Numbered from the stretch's first letter, positions 1 through 8,610 are shown. The stretch is DNA of 64,000 bases from Dehalococcoidia bacterium (GCA_050011565.1 JBEKIW010000003.1:28137-92136), one strand, 5' to 3'. The notes: generated by a model not told the origin, from the letters alone. Program-made: numbers and translations.

Positions 1-9
1 AATTCCTCA

Positions 10-360
10 ATGAGGTCTCCAGTCACTAATAAACTCAAATTTGTTGTACAGAAAATCACAGAAGCAATGCAAATAACTCCAAAAGGTAATGATATAACCG
101 TTCATCTACCTCAGACTTTTCTATATATGGTAAACATTGATGAGCTGTACAATATACTGCTAAAATTTCAAAATGACGATAAGATACTCAGAATAAAATA
201 CTTCCCAGAATACTTGTTGTCTACTTTCCCTCATAAGTTTACCAAAGAAACGTTAGATGAGCATATACTTGATTATGCAGACCCAAACAGGAGACAATTT
301 AGAGTTAAAACGAATAAAAAAAGGTTTGATGACTTTGCAAAACAGCTAGGAGCATCTTAA
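10..360 (+). CDS. hypothetical protein; the frame is open to the window start, so the 5' end may be missing
   Basis: 116-aa ORF in an AT-rich block, 32 nt upstream of the IS6-type transposase gene. No motif recognised. Confidence 0.35.
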   Translation: MRSPVTNKLKFVVQKITEAMQITPKGNDITVHLPQTFLYMVNIDELYNILLKFQNDDKILRIKYFPEYLLSTFPHKFTKETLDEHILDYADPNRRQFRVKTNKKRFDDFAKQLGAS

Positions 361-392
361 TTTGGTCAATTTATACAAGGTGATGTTAGCCG

Positions 393-1418
393 ATGAATTG
401 TAAATATTGTAACTCCACAAACATCAAGAAGTTCGGTACTTTCAACGGAATACAGCGTTATTACTGCAATGACTGTAAACGCAAGTTTGTACCGAATACC
501 GCTTTGCCCTATATGCAAACTCCAGTAGAGCAAGTGGCTCTAGCGTTGAGCTTATATTATGACGGCTTATCGTTGAACGCTATCCGGCGAAACCTCAAAC
601 AAGCCTATGGCAATTATCCTTCGGATTCCACAGTCTACGGATGGATAACACGATTCACTAAAGAAGCCATAGAAAAGACAAAAGACATCAAGCCAGAGTT
701 AGGTGAAGTCTGGCTTGCCGATGAAACCGTTATTGAGATAGACGGAGTAAAGCATTGGCTCTGGGACATCATAGACATCAAGACCAGATTTCTTGTGGCA
801 TCGCATATTTCGCTCAAAAGAACAGTAGACGATGCAATTATGCTGATGCACAAGGCAAATCGAAGAGCGGGCAAATATCCTAAGGTGATTATGACCGATA
901 GTTTAAATGCCTACTTAGACGGAATATCGCTAACATACGGAAACCAGACGAGACATCTACGTGTAAAGAAGTTTACAGTAAAGCCTAACAACAACATCAT
1001 TGAACGACTACAGGGTACTATCAAAGGCAGAACAAAGGTTATGCGTGGCTTAAAGAGTTATGAGACCGCTAAACTAATCATGGAAGGCTTCGGTGTGCAT
1101 TACAACTTTATAAGACCGCATGAATCGTTAGAAACGGCGACCGACAAATATGTTACGCCAGCGGAAAAAGCAGGCGTGAATTTACCATGTGAAGATTGGT
1201 TGAAAATGATTAGGTTTACCCAAAAGCCTAGTGTCAGCACTGCATTCTTTGCACCAATAGCCCGCAGACCATTGCCCTTAACAAGAGAGCAAGTTATCCG
1301 CAAAAAAGAGCGTGAAAAGAAACGTAAAACTAGGGCAAGACAATATAGAATCAGAAATGAAGCTATTCCTAGCCTGAGACAAATAATCGTTGCACAACAT
1401 ACACGAAGGATAAAATGA
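393..1418 (+). CDS. IS6-family DDE transposase with an N-terminal zinc finger and a Lys/Arg-rich C-terminal tail
   Basis: Zinc finger CKYC..x..CNDC at the N-terminus. DDE-type core: WLADETVIEIDG, VIMTDSLNAY, NNIIERLQGTIKGR, YNFIRPHESL. At 341 aa it is longer than typical IS6 transposases. Confidence 0.8.
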   Translation: MNCKYCNSTNIKKFGTFNGIQRYYCNDCKRKFVPNTALPYMQTPVEQVALALSLYYDGLSLNAIRRNLKQAYGNYPSDSTVYGWITRFTKEAIEKTKDIKPELGEVWLADETVIEIDGVKHWLWDIIDIKTRFLVASHISLKRTVDDAIMLMHKANRRAGKYPKVIMTDSLNAYLDGISLTYGNQTRHLRVKKFTVKPNNNIIERLQGTIKGRTKVMRGLKSYETAKLIMEGFGVHYNFIRPHESLETATDKYVTPAEKAGVNLPCEDWLKMIRFTQKPSVSTAFFAPIARRPLPLTREQVIRKKEREKKRKTRARQYRIRNEAIPSLRQIIVAQHTRRIK

Positions 1419-2188
1419 ATCTGTTAGATGAAATAAATAGATTTGAAGGTATGTTATCGGAAGCCTTGCAATATAAATATGATAGGTCATTTACGAGTCT
1501 ATCCTCGGAACAACGGGGAGAGCTTATTAAAATACTTCCTGTAAAACAGATGAATATTCGTGATTTCTACAAATTATATTTAGTGAATTTAACGAAAGGA
1601 ATATATCCAAAAGAAAGACTCCCAAAACTAATCGCTCAGTTATTTGATATTAAGATACAGTTATTCTGCATTATGGAGTTAGACATTGGGCTGTATAACC
1701 ACCTTATTTATGACCTGGGTTTTGATAAAAACAGCATAGATAAGTGCCCTTATATAGCGCTTCGGAAGATTTCTCTTGACCAAACTATGATAGTAAAGAG
1801 TCGAATTTTGTGGGAGAGAATCATGAACTTTATATATTGTCTGGAAACGGGCAAAGACTTAGGAGATAGAAAATCCAAGAAGACACATTTTTTCCAATTC
1901 ATTGAGAACACAAAATGGGCATATCTTGAAGACTACAAGCAGTACATCTATCGGTTTGATGATAAGCTAAGGACATCCGAGGTTCACGAAGGTTCAATGC
2001 TACGGAAATATTTTCAACAAGAATTGCTGGGTACTGCACACGAACTGGAAAGAATAAATGGATTAGTAAATATCGTGATGAATGCCATATGGATTAACCT
2101 ACTGAGCATCATTCAGGGAAAGGAACCTAGCAGCAGATTTTGGACTATCGAAATGGAAGGACTTGCGAAAGAACCTAAACTAGATTAG
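1415..2188 (+). CDS. hypothetical protein, possible HEPN-like (R-x4-H) domain protein
   Basis: ATGA start/stop overlap with the transposase gene. Helix-rich sequence with motif KLRTSEVHE (R-x4-H) in the C-terminal third. Same AT-rich composition as the transposase gene. Confidence 0.5.
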   Translation: MNLLDEINRFEGMLSEALQYKYDRSFTSLSSEQRGELIKILPVKQMNIRDFYKLYLVNLTKGIYPKERLPKLIAQLFDIKIQLFCIMELDIGLYNHLIYDLGFDKNSIDKCPYIALRKISLDQTMIVKSRILWERIMNFIYCLETGKDLGDRKSKKTHFFQFIENTKWAYLEDYKQYIYRFDDKLRTSEVHEGSMLRKYFQQELLGTAHELERINGLVNIVMNAIWINLLSIIQGKEPSSRFWTIEMEGLAKEPKLD

Positions 2189-2349
2189 CTTCACAAAACA
2201 TAATAGGAGGGGCTACCCTTATGAGTTTTGCAACAGGTTATAAGAAGATTAAAACAACCACTTCCGAGCAGAACCCCTTCAGGTCTGTCCGCTTTGGACA
2301 GGTCTAAAGACCTGTCCCTATATTGTCTTATAATTAGAGAGGCAAAACC

Positions 2350-2988
2350 TTGAGTTTATTTATCACCCTTGAAGGCGCCGAAGGCTGCGGCAAGAGCACT
2401 CAAGCTCGAGCTCTGTGGCAAAGGCTTGTCCGGCGTGGCATACCCGCGGTGCTGACACACGAGCCCGGCGGCACGGCGCTGGGCAACCGGTTAAGGTACG
2501 TGCTTAAAAGAAGGCTTCAGGATAAAATTTCTGCACTGGGCGAGCTATTTCTGTTTGCCGCCTGCCGCGTACAAATCGTAAACGAAGTGATTCGTCCCGG
2601 CCTGGAACAGGGCAAAGTAGTCATCTGCGACCGTTTCTCCGACTCCACCATCGCCTATCAGGGCTACGGCCGCGGACTGAACCTCGAGACCATTGAAGAT
2701 ATTAACGACCTGGCTACGGAAGGGATAAAGCCCGACCTCACCATATTATTGGACATACCCGCCCGGAAGGGGCTGAGCCGCAAACAATCGAGGTCAAACG
2801 ACCGCTTCGAGGCCGAAAATATCACCTTTCATCACAAAATCAGAGACGGCTACCTGAAGTTAGCTGCCGGGGAGCCGGAGCGGTGGCTGGTAATAGACGC
2901 TACCATGCCCCGAGCCGAAATCGGTAAAATTGTCTGGAACAGGGTTAGCCATCTACTTCAGGCGGAAAAAGTTACGAGGCATGTCTAA
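2350..2988 (+). CDS. tmk: dTMP (thymidylate) kinase
   Basis: TTG start. N-terminal FITLEGAEGCGKSTQ P-loop and DRF..S..AYQG motifs. Confidence 0.9.
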   Translation: MSLFITLEGAEGCGKSTQARALWQRLVRRGIPAVLTHEPGGTALGNRLRYVLKRRLQDKISALGELFLFAACRVQIVNEVIRPGLEQGKVVICDRFSDSTIAYQGYGRGLNLETIEDINDLATEGIKPDLTILLDIPARKGLSRKQSRSNDRFEAENITFHHKIRDGYLKLAAGEPERWLVIDATMPRAEIGKIVWNRVSHLLQAEKVTRHV

Positions 2989-4045
2989 GAAACGCGTAGC
3001 TGTAGCCTTAAGCGGCGGAGTCGACTCCTCGATGGCAGCCTGCCTGCTCCAAGAAGCCGGCTACGAAGTCATCGGTATAACCATGTCCTTGTGTACCGAG
3101 GAGAAATCGACGCCGGATAAACGGCGACACGCCTGCCCATCAGCATTGAATATTCGCGATGCCGAGCACATCTGCCGCACTCTCGGCATACCCTTTCACC
3201 TCATCGACCTGGAACATGAGTTCAAGCATCACGTAATCGATTATTTCTGCCGAGAATATGCCCGCGGCCGGACCCCGAACCCGTGCATTGCTTGCAATCG
3301 GCATATAAAATTCGGCTGCCTCCTTGACCACGCCCTTTCGCTGGGCGCCGGCTATTTAGCTACCGGCCACTACGCCAGAGTCAAGCACTACAACGATACT
3401 TACCACCTGCTTCAGGGCCTTGACCGGGCTAAAGACCAGTCTTACATGCTCTACACGCTGGGGCAGGACAATCTCGGCCGCGTACTCTTTCCGCTGGGTG
3501 ATTACACCAAGTCGCAGGTACGAGAGTTAGCCCGGCAAAAAGGCTTGCCCACCGCCGGTAAGCCAAGCAGCCAGGATATCTGCTTCATCGCCTCCGACTA
3601 CGGCACATTTCTCAGCCAGTATGTTGCCGCAACTCCCGGGGAAATCGTCGACAGCCACGGCGAAGTGCTTGGCCGCCATAGAGGGACAGCGTTTTTCACG
3701 GTGGGGCAGAGGCACGGCCTGGGGCTGGCTACCGCCGAAACACTCTACGTCACCAAAATAGACCCGGACAAAAGCCAGCTTGTCGTCGGCTCCAGAGAAG
3801 ACCTCTATCGCTCCCGTCTTACCGCCGCCGAAGTGAACTGGATATCTGGAAATCCACCTTCGGAACCATTGATGGTGACTGTTAAAATACGGTATCAGTC
3901 GCCGGATGTTTCCGCCACACTATACCCGGCACCAGGCTTGGCTGAAGTCAACTTCCAGCATCCGCAGCCCGCCATTACACCCGGCCAGGCAGCGGTCTTT
4001 TATAAAGACGACGAAGTTCTAGGCGGTGGCATCATTGAAAGCTAA
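2981..4045 (+). CDS. mnmA: tRNA 2-thiouridine(34) synthase MnmA
   Basis: VAVALSGGVDSS PP-loop motif and the conserved TPNPCIACN motif. The internal ATG at 2981 is preferred over the ORF-track start at 2930, which overlaps tmk. Confidence 0.9.
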   Translation: MSKKRVAVALSGGVDSSMAACLLQEAGYEVIGITMSLCTEEKSTPDKRRHACPSALNIRDAEHICRTLGIPFHLIDLEHEFKHHVIDYFCREYARGRTPNPCIACNRHIKFGCLLDHALSLGAGYLATGHYARVKHYNDTYHLLQGLDRAKDQSYMLYTLGQDNLGRVLFPLGDYTKSQVRELARQKGLPTAGKPSSQDICFIASDYGTFLSQYVAATPGEIVDSHGEVLGRHRGTAFFTVGQRHGLGLATAETLYVTKIDPDKSQLVVGSREDLYRSRLTAAEVNWISGNPPSEPLMVTVKIRYQSPDVSATLYPAPGLAEVNFQHPQPAITPGQAAVFYKDDEVLGGGIIES

Positions 4046-4688
4046 AGTTAAAAAATCTAAATCCGACCCGCCGAGCCTGGTTGAGGAAAACTGGCTCAGC
4101 GCCAGAGGCTATCGTCTCATCGCCGGAGTAGACGAAGCCGGCCGCGGCGCCCTGGCCGGCCCGGTAGTCGCCGCCGCCGTTATACTGCCGCCGGCCCCTT
4201 CATTCCGCTGGCTCGAATCAGTCCGCGACAGCAAAGAGCTGCCGGCAGCCAGGCGCGAGTCACTTTTCGACCTGATTAAACAGGACGCCATAGCTGTCAG
4301 CGTGGGTATCATCGCCCCGCAGATCATCGACGTTATCGGCATACTCAATGCCACTAAAATTGCCATGTGCCACGCCGTCGAGCAGCTAGCCAGCCCGCCT
4401 GATTTCTTGCTCATCGACTTCGTGCGCCTGACGCAGCTCCGCATCTCCCAAAAGCCTATAGTCCGCGGCGACAAGTTATGCCTTTCCATCGCCTGCGCCT
4501 CGATTATCGCCAAGGTTACCCGCGACCGGATTATGGTGGAGCTTGACCATCTTCACCCGGGCTACGGCTTAGCCGACCACAAAGGCTACGGCACCAAAAA
4601 GCATGTATCCTGTCTGCGTCAAAACGGCCCTTCACCCATCCACCGCCACTCCTTCGCCCCGGTAATAGAGGCTGCGCAGTCAAAATGA
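4026..4688 (+). CDS. rnhB: ribonuclease HII
   Basis: AGVDEAGRGALAGPVVAAAV catalytic motif and DSK..P motif. The exact start (GTG 4026) is uncertain. Confidence 0.85.
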   Translation: MASLKAKVKKSKSDPPSLVEENWLSARGYRLIAGVDEAGRGALAGPVVAAAVILPPAPSFRWLESVRDSKELPAARRESLFDLIKQDAIAVSVGIIAPQIIDVIGILNATKIAMCHAVEQLASPPDFLLIDFVRLTQLRISQKPIVRGDKLCLSIACASIIAKVTRDRIMVELDHLHPGYGLADHKGYGTKKHVSCLRQNGPSPIHRHSFAPVIEAAQSK

Positions 4689-5044
4689 AACGCAAAGAGC
4701 TCGGCGCTACCGGCGAAAAGCTGGCCAGAGACTTTCTTAAAAAGAAGGGCTATAGAATACGCGACACCAACTTCCGCTGCCGTGAAGGCGAGATAGACAT
4801 CGTCGCCCAGAAAAAAGACTGTCTTGTCTTCGTCGAAGTCCGGACCAAGGCCAGTTCCGGCTTCGGCAGCCCCGAAGAATCGGTGACCTTAGCCAAGAAA
4901 GAAAAACTTATCGCCTCAGCCCTTACTTACCTGTCCGAACACCAGGACCTGCCCGAGTCCTGGCGCATAGACTTCGTTGCCGTTGAGCTCGACCAGAACG
5001 GCAAAGCCAAACGCATCGAGCTTATAGAGAACGCCATAAGCTAA
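4685..5044 (+). CDS. YraN-family (UPF0102) endonuclease-like protein
   Basis: Motif GEIDIVA..LVFVEVRT, about 119 aa. ATGA overlap with rnhB, the usual rnhB-yraN arrangement. Confidence 0.8.
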   Translation: MKRKELGATGEKLARDFLKKKGYRIRDTNFRCREGEIDIVAQKKDCLVFVEVRTKASSGFGSPEESVTLAKKEKLIASALTYLSEHQDLPESWRIDFVAVELDQNGKAKRIELIENAIS

Positions 5045-5107
5045 GGCAAAGGTAAAACATCGTGGTTTGTTTCCCCCTTAGAAAAAGGGGGGTTGAGGGG
5101 GATTTAA

Positions 5108-5136
5108 TTGACAGCGCTAAAATTGTTATTTATAAT
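5108..5136 (+). promoter_or_regulatory. sigma70-type promoter, perfect consensus
   Basis: TTGACA (5108-5113), a 17-nt spacer, then TATAAT (5131-5136), upstream of the CDF transporter leader. Confidence 0.6.
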
Positions 5137-5149
5137 CAAGAAAAGCACT

Positions 5150-5246
5150 TGGAGCAGGCGATCTCGACAATAGCGGGATGCAGCCGGGCTTTAAGCCAGC
5201 AACGGGGATTATGTCCCGTGGGACTAAGTGTCCTGCGGGATTTTTT
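5150..5246 (+). ncRNA. structured G-rich 5' leader with an intrinsic terminator; candidate metal-sensing riboswitch (czcD/NiCo class suspected, not verified)
   Basis: Four CGGGA/GGGGA/GGGAC segments. Hairpins at 5183-5200, 5203-5218 and 5220-5234. The 10-bp stem 5215-5224/5230-5239 followed by A+T6 is a terminator that ends 1 nt before the ATG. Segment 5214-5218 has three mutually exclusive pairing partners. The downstream gene is a CDF metal exporter. Confidence 0.4.
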
Positions 5247-6239
5247 ATGCCAAAACCAATGAGTGAACAAAGGGAAAAGTCCAGGGTAGCCGCGCTCTCC
5301 GTTATCTCCAACACGGTACTGGTACTGTTCAAGGCCGCCGTCGGCATACTCATCGGCTCAGTTTCCGTGCTCTCCGAAGCCATCCACTCGGGAATGGACC
5401 TGGTGGCGGCTCTCATCGCCTTCTTCGCCGTCCGCATAGCCGGTAGGGCCGCCGACGAGGAGCACCCCTTCGGGCACACCAAAGTGGAAAACATTTCCGG
5501 CGGCATTGAAGCCTTGCTGATTATCGTAGCTGCTGTCTGGATTATCTATGCAGCCGTGCAAAAGCTCATAAATCCTCATCCATTGGAGACAGTCGGTTGG
5601 GGTGTCGGCATCATGCTTGTATCAACCATCGCCAACTTTATAGTCTCCCAACAACTGTTCAAGGTCGGCAAGGAAACCGATTCTGCAGCCTTGCTGGCAG
5701 ACGGATGGCATTTGCGGACCGATGTTTATACCTCAGCTGGGGTCATGGTTGGACTAGGCCTCATCTGGCTCGGGGGATACGTTTTCCCCGGCCTCAATCT
5801 GGTCTGGCTCGACTCGGTTATAGCCATTGCCGTGGCCGGCCTTATCCTCCACGCTGCGTACGACTTAACCAAACGTGCCATACAGGACCTGGTCGACCAG
5901 AGCATCCCGATTGAGGAAAAGAAGTGGATGCAAAATTATCTCTCGGCCTTATATCCCACGGTGCGCTCCTTCCATCGGCTCCGCACGCGTAAAGCCGGAG
6001 CCACGCGTTTTATCAATTTACACCTGGCTCTCGATTCAAAATTAACGGTAGCCGAATCCCACAGCATCGGTGACAAAATAGTGGCCGACTTCAAAGCCCA
6101 CTTTCCGCACGATGTAGATGTTATAGTTCATATCGAACCGTGTGATGGCGTCTGCAGCCCCGCCTGTGAAAGCGGCTGCCTGCTCAACGACGAGGAACAG
6201 AAAGCAGCCAAAACTTCCGGAGAAGGTACCGCTAAGTAG
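5247..6239 (+). CDS. cation diffusion facilitator family metal transporter
   Basis: Six TM segments with SEAIHSGMDL and HLRTDV motifs. C-terminal cytoplasmic domain with a Cys-rich tail. The start is either ATG 5247 or ATG 5259. The ORF-track start at 5178 lies inside the leader hairpins. Confidence 0.85.
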   Translation: MPKPMSEQREKSRVAALSVISNTVLVLFKAAVGILIGSVSVLSEAIHSGMDLVAALIAFFAVRIAGRAADEEHPFGHTKVENISGGIEALLIIVAAVWIIYAAVQKLINPHPLETVGWGVGIMLVSTIANFIVSQQLFKVGKETDSAALLADGWHLRTDVYTSAGVMVGLGLIWLGGYVFPGLNLVWLDSVIAIAVAGLILHAAYDLTKRAIQDLVDQSIPIEEKKWMQNYLSALYPTVRSFHRLRTRKAGATRFINLHLALDSKLTVAESHSIGDKIVADFKAHFPHDVDVIVHIEPCDGVCSPACESGCLLNDEEQKAAKTSGEGTAK

Positions 6240-6284
6240 CGAACCTACCGCATAAATCGCTGCAATCTGGTAATATCGCCGTAA

Positions 6285-6875
6285 TCACTTTTGACCTTTA
6301 ACTTTTGACTTTTTACCTTCGTTCAGGTACTGCTTGCGGAATTTATCCAGCTTGGGGGCAATCACCACGCTGCAATACGGCTGTTCCGGGTTTCTGGCGA
6401 AGTACTCCCGGTGATATTCCTCCGCCGGATAGAAATCCTTAAACGCCGCTACCTGCGTCACCACCGGCGCCCCCCAGGTCTTCGAGGCATTCAATTGCTT
6501 TATGGCTTCCTCGGCCTCGGCTTTCTGCTCTGGGTTGTGATAAAAGATGGCCGAACGGTACTGAGTGCCGACATCAGCCCCCTGCCTGTTCAGCGTCGTC
6601 GGGTCGTGCACGGCGAAGAAAATGGCCAGTATTTCCCTAAAGGAAATTTTCTTGGGGTCGTAGGTCAACTGCACCGACTCGGCATGTCCCGTGGCCCCGC
6701 TGCAGACCGCGGCGTAAGACGGATTGACGCTGGTGCCTCCCGAATAGCCGGAGACCATCTTCTCTATACCCTTCACTTCCTTGAAAATAGCTTCCAGACA
6801 CCAGAAGCAGCCGCCGGCCAGCGTGGCCACTTCCTTATCCTTATTCGGATTTGTTTTTTCGTTTTCTGGCTTCAT
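6285..6875 (-). CDS. msrA: peptide-methionine (S)-S-oxide reductase
   Basis: GGCFWCLEAIF active-site motif and HDPT..NRQG.D.G.QYRS. Confidence 0.9.
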   Translation of the reverse strand: MKPENEKTNPNKDKEVATLAGGCFWCLEAIFKEVKGIEKMVSGYSGGTSVNPSYAAVCSGATGHAESVQLTYDPKKISFREILAIFFAVHDPTTLNRQGADVGTQYRSAIFYHNPEQKAEAEEAIKQLNASKTWGAPVVTQVAAFKDFYPAEEYHREYFARNPEQPYCSVVIAPKLDKFRKQYLNEGKKSKVKGQK

Positions 6876-6884
6876 ACTATCGGC

Positions 6885-7337
6885 TTATCCCTTGACAAAT
6901 TTCAGGGCCGCCCCGTTAATGCAGTAGCGCATACCGGTGGGAGGCGGGCCGTCGTTGAAAACATGGCCCAGGTGGGCATCGCATCTGGCGCAGAGCACTT
7001 CCGTCCGGTTCATGAACAGGCTGAAATCTCCTATTAGCCTTATATTCAAGTCCGAAACCGGCTCGTAGTAGCTTGGCCAGCCCGTGCCCGATTCAAATTT
7101 AGTCGTCGACTTGAACAAATCGGTACCGCACCGGACGCACTGAAAAATACCCGTTTCCTTTATTTCTTCAAAGGCGCAGGTGAAGGGGTGCTCGGTTCCT
7201 TTTTTGGTGGTTATCTCATATTGCTCGCGGGTCAACAGCTTCTTCCACTCGACATCCGTCTTGATGACCTTATCGACGTAGACAATTTTGTTCTGGCGGC
7301 TGTCAAATATCCGAACTCTTTTTGTATCGGTAGTCAT
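6885..7337 (-). CDS. msrB: peptide-methionine (R)-S-oxide reductase
   Basis: CxxC pairs (CVRCG, CARCDAHLGHVF) and the RYCINGAAL motif. Confidence 0.9.
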   Translation of the reverse strand: MTTDTKRVRIFDSRQNKIVYVDKVIKTDVEWKKLLTREQYEITTKKGTEHPFTCAFEEIKETGIFQCVRCGTDLFKSTTKFESGTGWPSYYEPVSDLNIRLIGDFSLFMNRTEVLCARCDAHLGHVFNDGPPPTGMRYCINGAALKFVKG

Positions 7338-7449
7338 TGCTCTGTTCCCTTTACGGGGATTGTAGCAGTGCGATAATTAAAAAGTCGTTAAATTTGGTGG
7401 CTAAAGGTTACAAAGTTATAAAGAAAGATGAAGTTGGTTCTAAAAATCA

Positions 7450-7548
7450 TTCCCCTCTACCTCGAAGGGGAGAGGGGAGCAGGCATTCACTGGGATTTAC
7501 GTATATTCCCTCTCCCTTGACGGGAGAGGGCAAGGGTGAGGGTGAAAT
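7450..7548. repeat. GC-rich modular intergenic repeat, family A (degenerate copy)
   Basis: Hairpin ccctctccc-ttgac-gggagaggg, a gcaggcattca..ggatttac core, and a gggtgagggtga tail. Same module order as 8866-8965 and the reverse complement of 25492-25612. Confidence 0.7.
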
Positions 7549-7554
7549 TCAAAA

Positions 7555-7767
7555 TCAGTCGTTGTGATTTTGCATCCTGACTCTTCTGCCGGCCGCCGCC
7601 GCCAGTGGCGCCACCGCTATCCACAGCGTGATGGTAATCAGCATAGACGTGGGATAGTCAATTTTGTTAAGGCCCAGCTTGGGTGCAATAACGCCCCAGA
7701 GCAACATAAAAAACAGTGAACTCAGAAAGAAGCCGGGGATAGCCGCCAATATGCTTATGAAGCCCAT
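7555..7767 (-). CDS. small 2-TM membrane protein, paralogue of 8377..8610
   Basis: 70 aa with an AAGGAGG SD. ILAAIPGFFLSSLFFMLLWGVIAPK...TITLWIAVAPLAAAA is shared with the paralogue. Confidence 0.7.
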   Translation of the reverse strand: MGFISILAAIPGFFLSSLFFMLLWGVIAPKLGLNKIDYPTSMLITITLWIAVAPLAAAAGRRVRMQNHND

Positions 7768-7829
7768 GTCAGTCCTCCTTAGCCATATCTATCGACTTCG
7801 GCTAGATAAGCATTATACGTATAACGAAC

Positions 7830-8339
7830 TTATTCTTCCAGTATAGCCTTGATATCCCTGGTGGCGCCGGCCATCACCTCGCGTATGCGCTTCATTTTGT
7901 CGGGCTCTATGCTCCGTGCCCGCTGCTTCATCAATCGCCCCAGCTCCCTGAAGTCGCCCATCATGTCCATAATTATGCCCATATTCTCCGGGTTCCAGTG
8001 GTGCTTCATGTGGTTCCTGACTTCTGCGGCCTGGTCCTCCCGCTCCAATAGGAACTTGCTGCCCTCTTTGGTTATGGTATAGACCTTCTTGCCGTCACGT
8101 TCTACGGAGCTGGCATAGCCCATTTCCTCGAGCATCTGCAGCGTGGGATAGACCACGCCCGGGCTGGGCGTGTAAAAGCCGTGCGAGCTTTCCTCGAGGG
8201 CACGGATGATTTCGTACCCGTAACGCGGCTTCTCTTTCAGCAGGTCGAGTATCACATATTTCAAGTTCCCCTTGTGAAAGGGACTGCCATGACCAAACCC
8301 GTGGAAATGTTCAGCTCCCCAGGCTCTACCTCTAAACAT
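7830..8339 (-). CDS. PadR-family transcriptional regulator
   Basis: Winged-helix motif YVILDLL..PRYGYEI...TPSPGVVYPTLQMLEEMGY. ATG 8339 has an AAGGAGG SD 8 nt upstream. The ORF-track GTG at 8369 is probably not used. Confidence 0.85.
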   Translation of the reverse strand: MFRGRAWGAEHFHGFGHGSPFHKGNLKYVILDLLKEKPRYGYEIIRALEESSHGFYTPSPGVVYPTLQMLEEMGYASSVERDGKKVYTITKEGSKFLLEREDQAAEVRNHMKHHWNPENMGIIMDMMGDFRELGRLMKQRARSIEPDKMKRIREVMAGATRDIKAILEE

Positions 8340-8376
8340 ATCTATTACCTCCTTTAAACTCAAGTGCACCCACTAT

Positions 8377-8610
8377 TTAATCTTTCGATTGGAAATGTCT
8401 GCTATGCCAGTGCCACATTCTGCCAACCCTAGCTGCCGCGGCCGCCAGAGGTGCTACCGCTATCCACAGCGTGATGGTCATCAGCATGGCCATGGGATAG
8501 TCAATGCCCTGCCATCCCATCTTAGGAGCAATAACGCCCCACAGCAGCATGAAGAACAACGAACTCAGAAAGAAACCCGGAATTGCCGCCAGAATTCTAA
8601 AGTAACCCAT
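8377..8610 (-). CDS. small 2-TM membrane protein, paralogue of 7555..7767
   Basis: 77 aa with an AAGGAGG SD. By eye about 80% nt identity to 7555..7767. Confidence 0.7.
   Translation of the reverse strand: MGYFRILAAIPGFFLSSLFFMLLWGVIAPKMGWQGIDYPMAMLMTITLWIAVAPLAAAAARVGRMWHWHSRHFQSKD

Larger units (their letters stand above)
1..2241 (+). mobile_element. putative IS6-family element carrying passenger ORFs; left end not found and possibly outside the window
   Basis: The AT-rich block ends near 2227-2236 (tttgcaacag). This is the reverse complement of CTGTTGCAAA, the conserved core of IS6-family terminal inverted repeats (IS26/IS257/ISS1 type). Composition becomes GC-rich from tmk onward. Confidence 0.35.

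Noticed and set aside
331-345. gactttgcaaaacag, which resembles the IS6 inverted-repeat core
   Set aside because: It has a 2-nt insertion relative to CTGTTGCAAA, is in the wrong orientation for a left end, and lies inside ORF 10..360.
2281-2317. Three segments (2281-2290, 2296-2305, 2308-2317) in which the middle one can pair with either neighbour. The hairpin ggacaggtc-taaa-gacctgtcc lies just upstream of tmk.
   Set aside because: There is no T-tract and no recognisable leader peptide or riboswitch context. It could be the terminator or boundary of the IS-like block, but the function cannot be supported.
5062-5262. A 66-aa ORF (5062..5262) and the long N-terminal extension of the CDF ORF starting at 5178
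   Set aside because: Both lie across the repeat module, the consensus promoter and the leader/terminator hairpins. The CDF family N-terminus begins near MSEQREK.
7337-7567. A 76-aa ORF rich in Gly, Glu, Pro and Leu
   Set aside because: It is encoded entirely by the family A repeat. Equivalent pseudo-ORFs arise at other copies in other frames and orientations (for example 25541..25828).
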